Shown here piece by piece: positions 17,931 to 27,947 of a DNA stretch of 64,000 nucleotides. Source of the DNA: an uncultured Candidatus Melainabacteria bacterium (GTDB taxonomy: Bacteria > Cyanobacteriota > Vampirovibrionia > Gastranaerophilales > Gastranaerophilaceae). Each line of letters begins with the position of its first letter. Within the stretch, counting starts at the first letter, position 1. The stretch lies in assembly GCA_934757255.1 (NCBI GenBank), contig CAKVLL010000004.1, positions 5,019 through 69,018 of the forward strand, given 5' to 3'. Below the pieces are notes generated by a model. It had not been told where the DNA came from. It was given only the letters and a program-made list of their open reading frames with translations, and did not search any database. The translations under genes and the position numbers were made by a program.

Positions 17931-20874
17931 TGGCTTTAATTTTGCCATAAATTACGCCATTCTTAGAAGCTTTAATTATATCCATAACCATATCACCTAA
18001 AATTTCAAAACTTTCTTGAACATCTTTTGGTTGTACTTTTTTCCATTGAGCAAGAATTTTTCTGAAATCATCACCATCAATCATACAATCATCAGTCCCG
18101 ATAAGCTTAGAATACTTATCAGTAAACCACTTATTAAAACCTTTATAAGTATCCGTAATTAAATCTGATGCGATTTGTGCATTATTCAAAATCACATTTA
18201 CATCCTTGTAAACATTTTCGCTATATTCACCGGATTTTAGATTTGCGGCATTAGAAATTCTGCCGGTATTATGACCGAAGCCAAAATATTCAACACCACG
18301 TTTTGCAGAAGCCGCTGCTTGCGCTAAGTCTTGAGAAATTCCGGCTGAGCCCATCAAATCAAAGAACATTTTTTCAGCTGAATTACCGCCATAAGCACAC
18401 ACTAAACCAGTAAACATGGCTTCAAAAGAATATGTATGATTATCACTATTTCCTTCAAACACCGCTCCAAGAAAATCTCCTCTCGGATCTAAAGTTATAA
18501 AATTAACTTTACGCGACTGATGCCAAGGTTTACCTTTTTCTTGAAGAATATTATCCATAATTTCAAGGTTTACGGCATGACCACATTCATGCGAAGTAAT
18601 ATTGCGTTTATTATAATCAGGCATCTCTGGACGCGAAGTTCTTCCGGTTGTTAATTGCAAATATGCTTCGATAAAATCTCCCATTGTGGCTTTCTTTTTA
18701 TTGCGTTCTGCCATAATTTGTTTTGTCTTTTCAACCATTGTCTTAATTTCCACAAAAGACATATATTCAGTTAATTTTACTAATTTATCTAAAACATGTT
18801 CCTTATCTTGTTTTGTTCTTCCCGCAAGAGGAACTTTAACTTCCTTAATTCGATTTTCTAAAATTTCTCTTCTAGCCTGTTTATTAAAAGCTGGAGAATC
18901 AATTGTAATAGTTTGATTAAACCCTTTTACAACTGAAGGGATAGCACTTGCATAATCAGCATCAGTAGAACCTATAACAATAATATTTAATCCTTCCATT
19001 TCAGCACGAGTCATTTCTTTTTCCATTTGTGTCATCGCTTGTCTATAACCGGCTAAATATGGGCCGGAAAATGCAAACTCTTCAAAATTATTTACAAATA
19101 AAATTGCGGTTTTATTCTCATTTTGCTGTGCAGCCTTTTTTATTTCAGAAAATATTTTACTCATAACATTTGCCGGTGAATTCTTTATCCCATTCGCATC
19201 TTCAACACTAACTGCAAAATCAGAAGATGCAATTTCCATATAAGGAACTTTTGCTTCGCCAGCTATTGCTTGTGCAGAAAATCTTCTACCGGAGCCGGCT
19301 TCTTCATCATCAGAATACATAATATATCCTCTAGTTCCAATACTGCCGGATTTTATTTGCCTTACAATCGCTTCCAGATCTTTTTTAGTTGTACTTTTCC
19401 CATATAAAGAAGCTAAAGTTTTACCTGTATCATAAATAACATTTGTATTACCTTCATCTTTATTAAACAATTCATTTGCAATTGCTGCAAATTCATCAAC
19501 ATCTTTTGCTGAAATTCGTTTTTTATCATCACCGTAGTACGATGCAATCTTTTTCATCAAATCAACAGCTTTATCCGGATAAATACCTTCAATTTTATCT
19601 GCATATTGTATAGCTTTTTCTCTAGCTTCTTTTGAAAACGGAGTTTTGACATCCTTTAATAGTTTTTTATCAGATTTAATAACTCCTTGTGCTTCATAAG
19701 CATGCATCGGTGGAATTGAATAAGATACAAAACCTGAAAATGCCTTTTTAAGAGCAGAATCTTTTAATAGCTGATAATGAACGTCACTATCTTGCAAGAA
19801 AATAAATTTTACATTCTCAGGCGCACCATTTACCATAGAAAATATTTCCATTGGAAATTGTAATTTCTCATCTTCCGGATTTATAGAATTCGCTAATAAG
19901 TTATCTAGGTTTATAATAAACAATTTTTGTTTATCAGGCTCAGCTTCTTGTATCATACTAACTTCTGAAACTAAATCACTTGGCTTAATAAAATCTGACA
20001 TAAAATAAGGCATAGTTGTTTTAGAACCAAAATTACCATGTTTAGGCGCATTAATTGTATTAATCAGGCTAGCACAAAGTCTATTTCCTTCTTTTGCATC
20101 GTTATACGTAATAAACATATTTGAACCAAGCGCCAATTTATTCCAAGCATCAACAGCCTTGGCATCATAGTACTTCATATAATTCGCATTAATTTCATCA
20201 CTTTTCTTATAAAAATTTAAAGATTTCATACTTTGTAAAAATTCCGAAGTATAAAATATATTCTGTTTTGTATTTGCATTAAATGCTGCACCTAAAATCA
20301 TATATGCATCAAATGTTGTTACATCATTCTTATAACCATTTAATTGATTTTTCAAATCTTCAGAAAAATCTACATCACGCATCTTACCTTTTAATTCCTC
20401 TTTAACAGGTAATGTTTTCAAATACTCCTCGTTTACCACTTTTAAACCTTCTATTGTATCTGACAAATATTCAAACAAATTATCTGATTGTAATAAATTC
20501 AGATTTGCAGCAGTATTTGCTAACTTATTCAATGTTGATAAAGACTCAATTGCCCCACTATCTACTAATTCTTGAGGTACATTTTCTAATGCAAAATTAT
20601 GCTCTTGAATTGCTGCTTCAATAATATGAAAAGGAGTTATTTCTTCATTACCATTTTCAATTGCAATATTTTTTGCCCTATTTACTAAAGCCTTTGCATT
20701 TTCGGCAAGTTTAAAATCATCCTCAACTTTTCCTTTAAATGAAATATAACTTGCGGGAACCCCTAATATATCATTTTGTATAGGATAGTCATCTTTTATA
20801 GGATTACTTTTATTTTTGATAATTTTATTATTTTTAAAATTAACTACATTGTTGATTGGGCTGATTTTTAACAC
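17923..20874 (-). CDS. soluble FtsH-like protein: Clp-N repeats + degenerate AAA module + M41 metalloprotease domain
   Basis: Clp-N-like repeats (ITPFHIIEAAIQE; FDAYMILGAAFN). AIAGEAKVPY is conserved with FtsH, but the Walker A position reads YSDDEEAGSGRR and the Walker B position reads ILFVNNFEEF. HECGH (18577-18591) plus the downstream E/D blocks resemble M41. I see no TM helix. Confidence 0.8.
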   Translation of the reverse strand: MLKISPINNVVNFKNNKIIKNKSNPIKDDYPIQNDILGVPASYISFKGKVEDDFKLAENAKALVNRAKNIAIENGNEEITPFHIIEAAIQEHNFALENVPQELVDSGAIESLSTLNKLANTAANLNLLQSDNLFEYLSDTIEGLKVVNEEYLKTLPVKEELKGKMRDVDFSEDLKNQLNGYKNDVTTFDAYMILGAAFNANTKQNIFYTSEFLQSMKSLNFYKKSDEINANYMKYYDAKAVDAWNKLALGSNMFITYNDAKEGNRLCASLINTINAPKHGNFGSKTTMPYFMSDFIKPSDLVSEVSMIQEAEPDKQKLFIINLDNLLANSINPEDEKLQFPMEIFSMVNGAPENVKFIFLQDSDVHYQLLKDSALKKAFSGFVSYSIPPMHAYEAQGVIKSDKKLLKDVKTPFSKEAREKAIQYADKIEGIYPDKAVDLMKKIASYYGDDKKRISAKDVDEFAAIANELFNKDEGNTNVIYDTGKTLASLYGKSTTKKDLEAIVRQIKSGSIGTRGYIMYSDDEEAGSGRRFSAQAIAGEAKVPYMEIASSDFAVSVEDANGIKNSPANVMSKIFSEIKKAAQQNENKTAILFVNNFEEFAFSGPYLAGYRQAMTQMEKEMTRAEMEGLNIIVIGSTDADYASAIPSVVKGFNQTITIDSPAFNKQARREILENRIKEVKVPLAGRTKQDKEHVLDKLVKLTEYMSFVEIKTMVEKTKQIMAERNKKKATMGDFIEAYLQLTTGRTSRPEMPDYNKRNITSHECGHAVNLEIMDNILQEKGKPWHQSRKVNFITLDPRGDFLGAVFEGNSDNHTYSFEAMFTGLVCAYGGNSAEKMFFDLMGSAGISQDLAQAAASAKRGVEYFGFGHNTGRISNAANLKSGEYSENVYKDVNVILNNAQIASDLITDTYKGFNKWFTDKYSKLIGTDDCMIDGDDFRKILAQWKKVQPKDVQESFEILGDMVMDIIKASKNGVIYGKIKAIK

Positions 20875-21083
20875 TTATATTTCTCCTTAATTCATTATAT
20901 TTTAAAACTTATAAAATTTTTTTTTGCTAATCACGTTACATAAATTTACAAATAATTCTTTAAAATTACCAACGTGTCTATTCAGATATTACACAAGAGA
21001 CTTATGGTTTTTTGCTTATAATTTTCTACAATAAAAATGTATTCAAAATACAGTCAAATTTTATCTAAAAAAAGGAGTAGAAA

Positions 21084-21410
21084 ATGAAACAAACATTATC
21101 TGTATTAGCCGTATTGGGTATTATTTCCACAATCGGAATGCAAACTGCCAACGCATTTGAATGGTCAAACTTAAATCCAGCTTATTGGGGACATTGTCCT
21201 AGATGTGAAAAGAAAAAACCTGATTGCGGCTGCAAAAAAGTAAAAAAATGTGACCCTTGTAAAAAAGTAGAATCACCTTGTCCGACTGGTGCGGCTGCGC
21301 CTTGCGACCCGTGTGCAAAAAAAGCACAACCATGCAATCCTTGTCAAAAAATAATTCAACAACAAAACAATTGTGACCCTTGCGATAAACTACAAGAAAT
21401 GAATAAATAA
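21084..21410 (+). CDS. secreted cysteine-rich protein with C(D/N)PC repeats
   Basis: Signal peptide MKQTLSVLAVLGIISTIGMQTANA. The mature part of about 84 aa has 13 Cys arranged as CPRC, CGC, CDPC, CP, CDPC, CNPC, CDPC. AGGAG Shine-Dalgarno upstream and a strong terminator downstream. Confidence 0.75.
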   Translation: MKQTLSVLAVLGIISTIGMQTANAFEWSNLNPAYWGHCPRCEKKKPDCGCKKVKKCDPCKKVESPCPTGAAAPCDPCAKKAQPCNPCQKIIQQQNNCDPCDKLQEMNK

Positions 21411-21413
21411 AAA

Positions 21414-21450
21414 AATAATGGGTGTTATCACAAGCACCCATTATTTTTTT
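21414..21450 (+). terminator. intrinsic terminator after the Cys-rich gene
   Basis: An 11-bp stem, aataatgggtg (21414-24) with cacccattatt (21435-45), followed by a T-run. Confidence 0.85.
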
Positions 21451-21486
21451 ATAGCAATATTTTTTAATTTTGTGTATAATTTAGCT

Positions 21487-22521
21487 ATGAACACTGATTT
21501 TAAGACCGTTAAATATAAATTAGAACAACGAGAGATGGAACTTCTAAGTCCATACGCAACAAAATGTTTAACCTCAAAAGGACGTAAACGCAAACGTGAA
21601 GAACAATTTGAAATTCGAACTGAATTTCAAAGAGATAGAGACAAGATTTTACACTCAAAGTCCTTTAGAAGACTCAAACACAAGACACAAGTTTTTTTAT
21701 CACCATTTAATGACCACTTCAGAACACGTTTAACACATACGCTAGAAGTTGCACAAATTGGTCGAACAATGGCGCGTGCATTAAATTTAAATGAAGATTT
21801 AGTTGAAGCCATTGCCCTTGGTCATGATTTAGGACATACCGCTTTTGGACACTGTGGTGAAGGAACTTTAGATGAATTATTACCGACAGGTTTTCATCAT
21901 AACTTACAAAGTGTTAGGGTTGTTGAAGTAATAGAAGATATGAATCTTTGTCAAGAAACTATAGATGGGATTCTAACACACACATGGGGCTATAAACCAA
22001 AAACCCCAGAAGCTCAAATTGTCCAATATGCAGATAAAATTGCGTATATTAATCATGACATAGAAGATTCTATAAGAGCTGGAATTATTTCAGAAAACGA
22101 TTTACCACCAGATTGTGTTAAATATTTTTCATCAAATCAATCCGCAAGACTTGGGAAAATGATAACAGATGTTATTATAAGTTCAATGGATTCTCCTAAA
22201 GTTACAATGTCAGAAGAAGGTTGGTTTTATGTAACGAAACTTCGCACATGGATGTTTGACAATGTCTATTTAGATCCGATAGCAAAAGCCGAAGAAAAAA
22301 AAGCAAAGAACATAATTCGTTCTTTATTTGAGTATTATACCAATATGTTAAAAACATATTATGATGCAGACGAAATTCCTCAAATTGTAGCTGACCATAT
22401 ATCGGGTATGACCGATCAGTACGCAATAAGACGTTATAAAGATTTGTTTATTCCAATGCCTTTATCAGACAAAACAAGCGATGATGCTTTATTAAAAAAA
22501 GCTAGAGAAAGAGCAGAATGA
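21487..22521 (+). CDS. dGTPase-like HD-domain triphosphohydrolase
   Basis: Contains RTEFQRDRDKILHSKSFRRLKHKTQVF, DHFRTRLTHTLEVAQIGR, ALGHDLGHTAFGH and YADKIAYINHDIEDS. The track start at 21418 lies inside the preceding terminator, so I use the ATG at 21487. Confidence 0.9.
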   Translation: MNTDFKTVKYKLEQREMELLSPYATKCLTSKGRKRKREEQFEIRTEFQRDRDKILHSKSFRRLKHKTQVFLSPFNDHFRTRLTHTLEVAQIGRTMARALNLNEDLVEAIALGHDLGHTAFGHCGEGTLDELLPTGFHHNLQSVRVVEVIEDMNLCQETIDGILTHTWGYKPKTPEAQIVQYADKIAYINHDIEDSIRAGIISENDLPPDCVKYFSSNQSARLGKMITDVIISSMDSPKVTMSEEGWFYVTKLRTWMFDNVYLDPIAKAEEKKAKNIIRSLFEYYTNMLKTYYDADEIPQIVADHISGMTDQYAIRRYKDLFIPMPLSDKTSDDALLKKARERAE

Positions 22522-23162
22522 AATATCTTGGTTTCAGCATAAATTCCGGCGTAAAAAACATGGAAATAGATTCTAATTTACTGGATAATGCAATTATTAC
22601 AAAAGAAAATGACATATTATTCCGACTTTACGGTTGGGCTCCTAAATGTGTTTCACTAGGTAGGAATCAAAAAGAAAATTTTCTTACAAATGAAAACATA
22701 GATTATGTAAGACGTTTGACCGGTGGTAGAGCATTATTACATGACAACGAAATAACTTATTGTTGCATTGCGCCAATTGAAAAAATTCCAAGCGGACAAA
22801 GCGTTATTAACTCTTACAAATACATTTCAAGAATATTGATAGATTTTTTTAAAACCATCAATATAGAATTAGAATTTGGTAGTGACAAAAAAATATCAAC
22901 TAATCACGATTACTGTATGTTACTATCTACGGGCGCTGACCTGTGTTATAAAGGAGAAAAAATAATCGGTTCAGCACAGTGTCGCAAAAACGGATATATA
23001 TTACAACACGGTTCTATCCTTTTTGATTATGATAAATCTCTTTTAGAGAACCTATTTAAAGAACCGGTTCAAGGTATCACAACAATCAAAAAAATCTTAC
23101 CAAACCTAACAAAGGATGAATTTCTTAAAAATTTTGAAACTTTTTTAACACACATAAAATAA
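22518..23162 (+). CDS. lipoate-protein ligase / octanoyltransferase family (BPL_LplA_LipB domain) protein
   Basis: Contains FRLYGWAPKCVSLGRNQ, VRRLTGGRALLHDNEITY and GEKIIGSAQCRKNGYILQHGSILFD (the conserved Lys block). Its start overlaps the previous stop (ATGA). Confidence 0.8.
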   Translation: MKYLGFSINSGVKNMEIDSNLLDNAIITKENDILFRLYGWAPKCVSLGRNQKENFLTNENIDYVRRLTGGRALLHDNEITYCCIAPIEKIPSGQSVINSYKYISRILIDFFKTINIELEFGSDKKISTNHDYCMLLSTGADLCYKGEKIIGSAQCRKNGYILQHGSILFDYDKSLLENLFKEPVQGITTIKKILPNLTKDEFLKNFETFLTHIK

Positions 23163-23186
23163 TATTTCATCAATTCTAAATATAAA

Positions 23187-24827
23187 TTAGATATACATAG
23201 GTACCGTAGCATTAGGTAATATTTTAGGACGAGATTGAGGCAAAACAAAAGAGAAAGTATTAGTCATATTACCATCAGTTGATGCAAATATTTTTCCATT
23301 ATGAGTATCAATAATTTTTTTACACAAATATAAACTGATACCATGTCCAACCGTTGTATATTTTGGATTACTTTCAGAACTTCGTTCAAAAAGATTTAAA
23401 CATTCCCTATTAGAAAGGCTTATGCCTTTACTCGTTACTGACAATTTTAAACTATTGTTTTCACTAGTTATTTCAATCGTTACACACTCGTTTTTATTTG
23501 AATAAGTAATTGCATTAGTAAGTAAATTTATTATTACTTTTTTAATTTCTTCTTTATCTGCTTCTAAAAATGTATTCTCTACAGCTGAATTAAACTTAAA
23601 CTTAATATTCTTTTCTTTAGCAAGTCTAGAGATCATATCACAACATTCAACAACAACGAGTGATAAATCAAAATCTTCATAATAAAGCGCACTTCTGCCA
23701 TTTTCAAACCTGTATGTATTTAATACCATTGAAATCATCGTCAGAATATATTTACAAGATTCCGAAATATTAGAAACAAGCTCTTTTTGTTCTAAGCTTA
23801 TACTCCCTAAAGTTTCATTTTGTAATAATTCAAGACCTCTTAATTGTGCTAAAGTCGGCACTTTTAAATCGTGAATAAGCGTCTCAATAAAATATTCTTT
23901 TTGACGTTCAATCTCTTTTTCAGCCTCAATATTTTCATACATAATAACTAAAAATTCTACATTGCCATCATCATCAAGAACTGGTGCTTTGCAAACTCTA
24001 CCCCAGAATGTTTGATTCGGAAATGCTATTAAGCGCTCTGTTATGAGTGGTTTCTTTGTCCTATATATTTCTGCTTCTTCATTTTTTACAAAATCTAAAT
24101 ATTCTTCTTGAAAAATATCAGAAAGAACTAATTGACGCATTTCTTCATTTTTTTGGAATTTTAGAATTTTCTCAAAAGCAGAACTACCAGCTATAAAACG
24201 ATCATCGCTTCCTTTCAAAAAGGCACAAATAGGAATATTTTCTAATATACATTTTAATTGTTTTTCTTTTTCTTGTGCATTTTTACTGGCTTTATATTCT
24301 TTTGTTACATTTCTTGCCACCAAAATAGTTCCATTTAGTTTATTATTAGCACCATAAGTTGGTGACACCAATATATTGTAATAATGAGGCTCTTCCTCAT
24401 AAACTGTTCCAAAAAAATGTACCGTCTCTTCTTTTGATATAGCTTCAACAAGCTTTTCTTCCATAAGTTCACATATTTTATAATTTTTAGGATTATCTTG
24501 AAATAAATATTTTAAATCCTTACCTATAACATCATCTTTTGTTTTTTTATGAATATCACATAATATTTTATTACACGCTATTATTTTCAAATCTTTGTCT
24601 TGATATACAACCACGTCAGTGGATGAGTTTAATAATGCTTCAAAAAACTGTATTTTAGTTTTTAACTCTCTGTTTAAAATAGAGTTTAACTTTATATGTT
24701 TTATTACGTAAATAGAAACGGTAACAATCACACTAAAAAGAGCAATAACATGATCTTTTGTCAAAAATAAAACAACAAGTGACACAACAAATATATTCAA
24801 TATAATTAAATCTTTTATATATTTCAT
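23187..24827 (-). CDS. sensor histidine kinase with N-terminal TM segments and PAS-like domains
   Basis: H-box LIHDLKVPTLAQL, N-box NLLTNAITYS and G-box GHGISLYLCKKIIDTHNGKI. There are two hydrophobic N-terminal helices. No response regulator gene is adjacent. Confidence 0.85.
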   Translation of the reverse strand: MKYIKDLIILNIFVVSLVVLFLTKDHVIALFSVIVTVSIYVIKHIKLNSILNRELKTKIQFFEALLNSSTDVVVYQDKDLKIIACNKILCDIHKKTKDDVIGKDLKYLFQDNPKNYKICELMEEKLVEAISKEETVHFFGTVYEEEPHYYNILVSPTYGANNKLNGTILVARNVTKEYKASKNAQEKEKQLKCILENIPICAFLKGSDDRFIAGSSAFEKILKFQKNEEMRQLVLSDIFQEEYLDFVKNEEAEIYRTKKPLITERLIAFPNQTFWGRVCKAPVLDDDGNVEFLVIMYENIEAEKEIERQKEYFIETLIHDLKVPTLAQLRGLELLQNETLGSISLEQKELVSNISESCKYILTMISMVLNTYRFENGRSALYYEDFDLSLVVVECCDMISRLAKEKNIKFKFNSAVENTFLEADKEEIKKVIINLLTNAITYSNKNECVTIEITSENNSLKLSVTSKGISLSNRECLNLFERSSESNPKYTTVGHGISLYLCKKIIDTHNGKIFASTDGNMTNTFSFVLPQSRPKILPNATVPMYI

Positions 24828-24974
24828 ATTAGATATCTCTTTTTCTTATAATGTATCATTCTATATTAAGTTATAATCATTATAAATTGCCTATGTGGGT
24901 AAAGATTTATTGACAATTTGATTTAAAATAAGAAATTTTGAAGTATAATTAATCTTGTAACAAGAGGAGTTGTT

Positions 24975-26780
24975 TTGGGAAGAATTGTTCAACTATCAAA
25001 AAACGTTATTAATCAAATTGCAGCCGGAGAAGTAATTGAGCGTCCTTTTTCTGTTGTAAAAGAACTTGTTGAGAATTCCATTGATGCCGGCGCAACAAGA
25101 GTTAGTATAGAAGTTTCAAACGAATGTAGAAATTTACGTATTGCTGATAACGGTTCCGGAATCCATCCTGATGATATTTTGTTAGCGTTTTCTAAGCATG
25201 CAACAAGCAAAATTTCAACAGGAGAAGATTTGTATGCAGTAAAGACGATGGGATTTAGAGGTGAAGCCTTAGCAAGTATAATTTCGATTTCCAAACTTAC
25301 TTGTATCACAAGAACAAAAGATTTTGATTATGGAACAAAAGTTGAATGCGAAAATTCGGAAGTAAAAAAGGCTCAAACAGGTTGTGCTATAGGCACTATT
25401 ATGGATATTAGAGATTTATTCTATAATTTACCAGCAAGATTAAAATTCTTAAAATCTCCAAAAACTGAATTTGCTTACATTAACGAACTTATTCAATCAT
25501 TAGCATTAGTTCATCCGGAAGTCGCATTTGAACTTAAAAACAACGGTAAAGTTACGTTAAAAACAACAGGGCAAAACGACTTAGCACAGACAGTTAAAGA
25601 AGTTTTTTCTGCGGATATTATTAAAAATTTGCGCCCTGTACTTAAAACTGATAGAATTTCAAACCTTAAAATCTCAGGCTTAATAAGCACACCGGATTAT
25701 ACAAGAGCGAGTAAAAAAGACTATTACATGTACGTAAATTCTCGTATTGTAAAGTGTCCGATTTTTCAAAAATCAGTCGATATGGCATACAAAAATTTGA
25801 TAGGTTCAAGATATCCGTTTATTATTTTGAATTTAGAAATTCCGCCGGAGGATGTGGATGTAAACGTACACCCAACAAAAAAAGAAGTGAGATATAAAAA
25901 TCCTAATCAGATTTTTAACTTTATCCACTCTGCTATTGATATGGCGCTTTCAGGTTATGTTGAAAAGGAACAACCTCTTGTTGAGCAAATTCAAGAACAA
26001 ATAGAAGAACAAGAAGATGTTCAGCAATTGCAAGTTGTGAATGAAAACATTAGTACACCGGTATTTCAAACTAAAACATTGGATGATGTTTACATAAACA
26101 ATAACCAAAATATAGGTCATGTTTTTGAGAATACAAAAAAGGATTCAACTGAAACAAAAACTTCAATAGTAAGAGAGTTTCCAAAAATTCAACAGTCAAA
26201 GTTCGTAGCACCGTCCGTTCCGGAAGTCGAAGATGTCATTATCGGACAGTATAAAAAAACTTATATATTAATAGAGCGCGAAGAAGGGTTGGAAATAGTT
26301 GATCAACATATTGCTGAAGAAAGATACATTTACGAAAAGCTAAAGAAATCAAAAAATATAGACTGCCAGCTTCTTTTTATCTCTGATGTACTAGAAATTT
26401 CACCTAGTGATAAAGAACTTTTAGAACACAATCGTGAAAAGCTTTCTAATTTTGGCTATGAAATTGAATTTATTTCAGAGCATGAAGTTATTTTCAAAAA
26501 AGTACCACAACTTTTATCAAAAATTGCGCCAAAAGATATTTTGGCAGACATCTTGGAAAATATTTCCGGAAATATTGATAATATAGAAGAAAAAATTCTG
26601 ATAACAACTTCTTGTAAAGCCGCTGTAAAAGCAAATACATACTTAAATATGTTTCAAATGCAAGAAATAATCAAGAATTGGCGCAAATGCGAAAAGCCTT
26701 TTACTTGTCCACATGGCAGACCAATTTCGCACATAATAGAACATCAAGATATTGCTAAGTTTTTTCAAAGAAATAAATAG
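24975..26780 (+). CDS. mutL: DNA mismatch repair protein MutL (endonuclease type)
   Basis: N-terminal GHKL block INQIAAGEVIERPFSVVKELVENSIDAGAT. C-terminal DQHIAEERYIYE (DQHAx2Ex4E-type) and CPHGRP. TTG start with an AGGAG Shine-Dalgarno. Confidence 0.95.
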   Translation: MGRIVQLSKNVINQIAAGEVIERPFSVVKELVENSIDAGATRVSIEVSNECRNLRIADNGSGIHPDDILLAFSKHATSKISTGEDLYAVKTMGFRGEALASIISISKLTCITRTKDFDYGTKVECENSEVKKAQTGCAIGTIMDIRDLFYNLPARLKFLKSPKTEFAYINELIQSLALVHPEVAFELKNNGKVTLKTTGQNDLAQTVKEVFSADIIKNLRPVLKTDRISNLKISGLISTPDYTRASKKDYYMYVNSRIVKCPIFQKSVDMAYKNLIGSRYPFIILNLEIPPEDVDVNVHPTKKEVRYKNPNQIFNFIHSAIDMALSGYVEKEQPLVEQIQEQIEEQEDVQQLQVVNENISTPVFQTKTLDDVYINNNQNIGHVFENTKKDSTETKTSIVREFPKIQQSKFVAPSVPEVEDVIIGQYKKTYILIEREEGLEIVDQHIAEERYIYEKLKKSKNIDCQLLFISDVLEISPSDKELLEHNREKLSNFGYEIEFISEHEVIFKKVPQLLSKIAPKDILADILENISGNIDNIEEKILITTSCKAAVKANTYLNMFQMQEIIKNWRKCEKPFTCPHGRPISHIIEHQDIAKFFQRNK

Positions 26781-26849
26781 TAATTAAAAAATGTAAATTT
26801 ATTGTCAAGCACATTTGCTAATGATAGTATAGTGTTTAGGAGAAGATTT

Positions 26850-27947
26850 ATGGGAGATAAATTTAATATAATTCACTTTTTGAAAAGTGCAGTTGCTACA
26901 GGTGCTTCTGACGAACACCTAAAAGTTGGACACTCGCCATATATTAGAAAAAACGGTTTTATAAAAAAAACAAATATAACACCTTTAACAAAAGAAGAAT
27001 TGGATAATGCTATTTTAGAAATTGCCCCAATATCTATCCGAGATGAAATTTTAACATTATGTGATGTTGATTTTATGTATGAAATTAAAGGTTACTCGCG
27101 TTTTCGTGTAAACTACAATAGACAGCTAGGTATGCCAGCACTCGTTATTCGTAATATTTCATATAGTATTCCACAATTGAAAGACTTAGCTTTGCCTGAA
27201 ATATTGAACTCAATTGTAGAATATCAAAATGGTATTGTTCTGGTAACCGGTCCGACTGGAAGCGGAAAATCTACTACAATTGCGTCCTTGATAAACCAAA
27301 TTAACGCAACAAGTTCGAAACATATTGTTACAATTGAAGATCCTATAGAATACGTTTTTGGTTGCAAAAAAAGTATTGTTTCTCAACGTCAAGTCGGAGT
27401 CGACACAAAAAGCTTTTCTGACGGTATCAAGTACGCTTTAAGACAAGATCCGGATGTTATTTTTATTGGTGAAATTCGAGATAAAGAAACAATGGAGGCC
27501 GCTCTTAAAGCATCTGAAACGGGACACTTAGTATTTTCAACGCTTCACACAAATGATGCCGTTCAAACAATTAACCGTATTGTTAATATGTTTGATGAAT
27601 CTAATCGTTATTTAATCAGAAAACAACTTTCTGAAACTTTAAGAGCTACAATTGCACAAAAGCTTGTATATTCAGAGCAAGCTCAAAAAAGATTTCCGGC
27701 TTGTGAAATTATGGTTGTAACTTCTACTATTAAAGATTATATTAACAAAGATAACACTGACGAAATATATGAACTATTGCGTGATAACACTGTAGATAAT
27801 ATGATTTCAATGAACACGTCTTTAGCAATTCTTACAGATAAAGGCTGTATTTCTCAAGAAGAAGCTTTGAATAGTTCTAACGATGAATCAGAATTAGAAA
27901 AAATATTTAGGGGAGTGTATCAAGGTACTAAGGCTTATTATGAATAA
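26850..27947 (+). CDS. pilT: type IV pilus retraction ATPase PilT family
   Basis: Walker A GPTGSGKSTT, TIEDPIEY, RQDPDVIFIGEIRD and GHLVFSTLHTNDA. The ATG at 26850 is preceded by AGGAG; the track start at 26802 is an upstream TTG. Confidence 0.9.
   Translation: MGDKFNIIHFLKSAVATGASDEHLKVGHSPYIRKNGFIKKTNITPLTKEELDNAILEIAPISIRDEILTLCDVDFMYEIKGYSRFRVNYNRQLGMPALVIRNISYSIPQLKDLALPEILNSIVEYQNGIVLVTGPTGSGKSTTIASLINQINATSSKHIVTIEDPIEYVFGCKKSIVSQRQVGVDTKSFSDGIKYALRQDPDVIFIGEIRDKETMEAALKASETGHLVFSTLHTNDAVQTINRIVNMFDESNRYLIRKQLSETLRATIAQKLVYSEQAQKRFPACEIMVVTSTIKDYINKDNTDEIYELLRDNTVDNMISMNTSLAILTDKGCISQEEALNSSNDESELEKIFRGVYQGTKAYYE

Noticed and set aside
21418-21486. 5' extension of the dGTPase-like ORF.
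   Set aside because: It runs through the stem-loop and T-tract of the terminator of the preceding gene. The ATG at 21487 gives a normal N-terminus.
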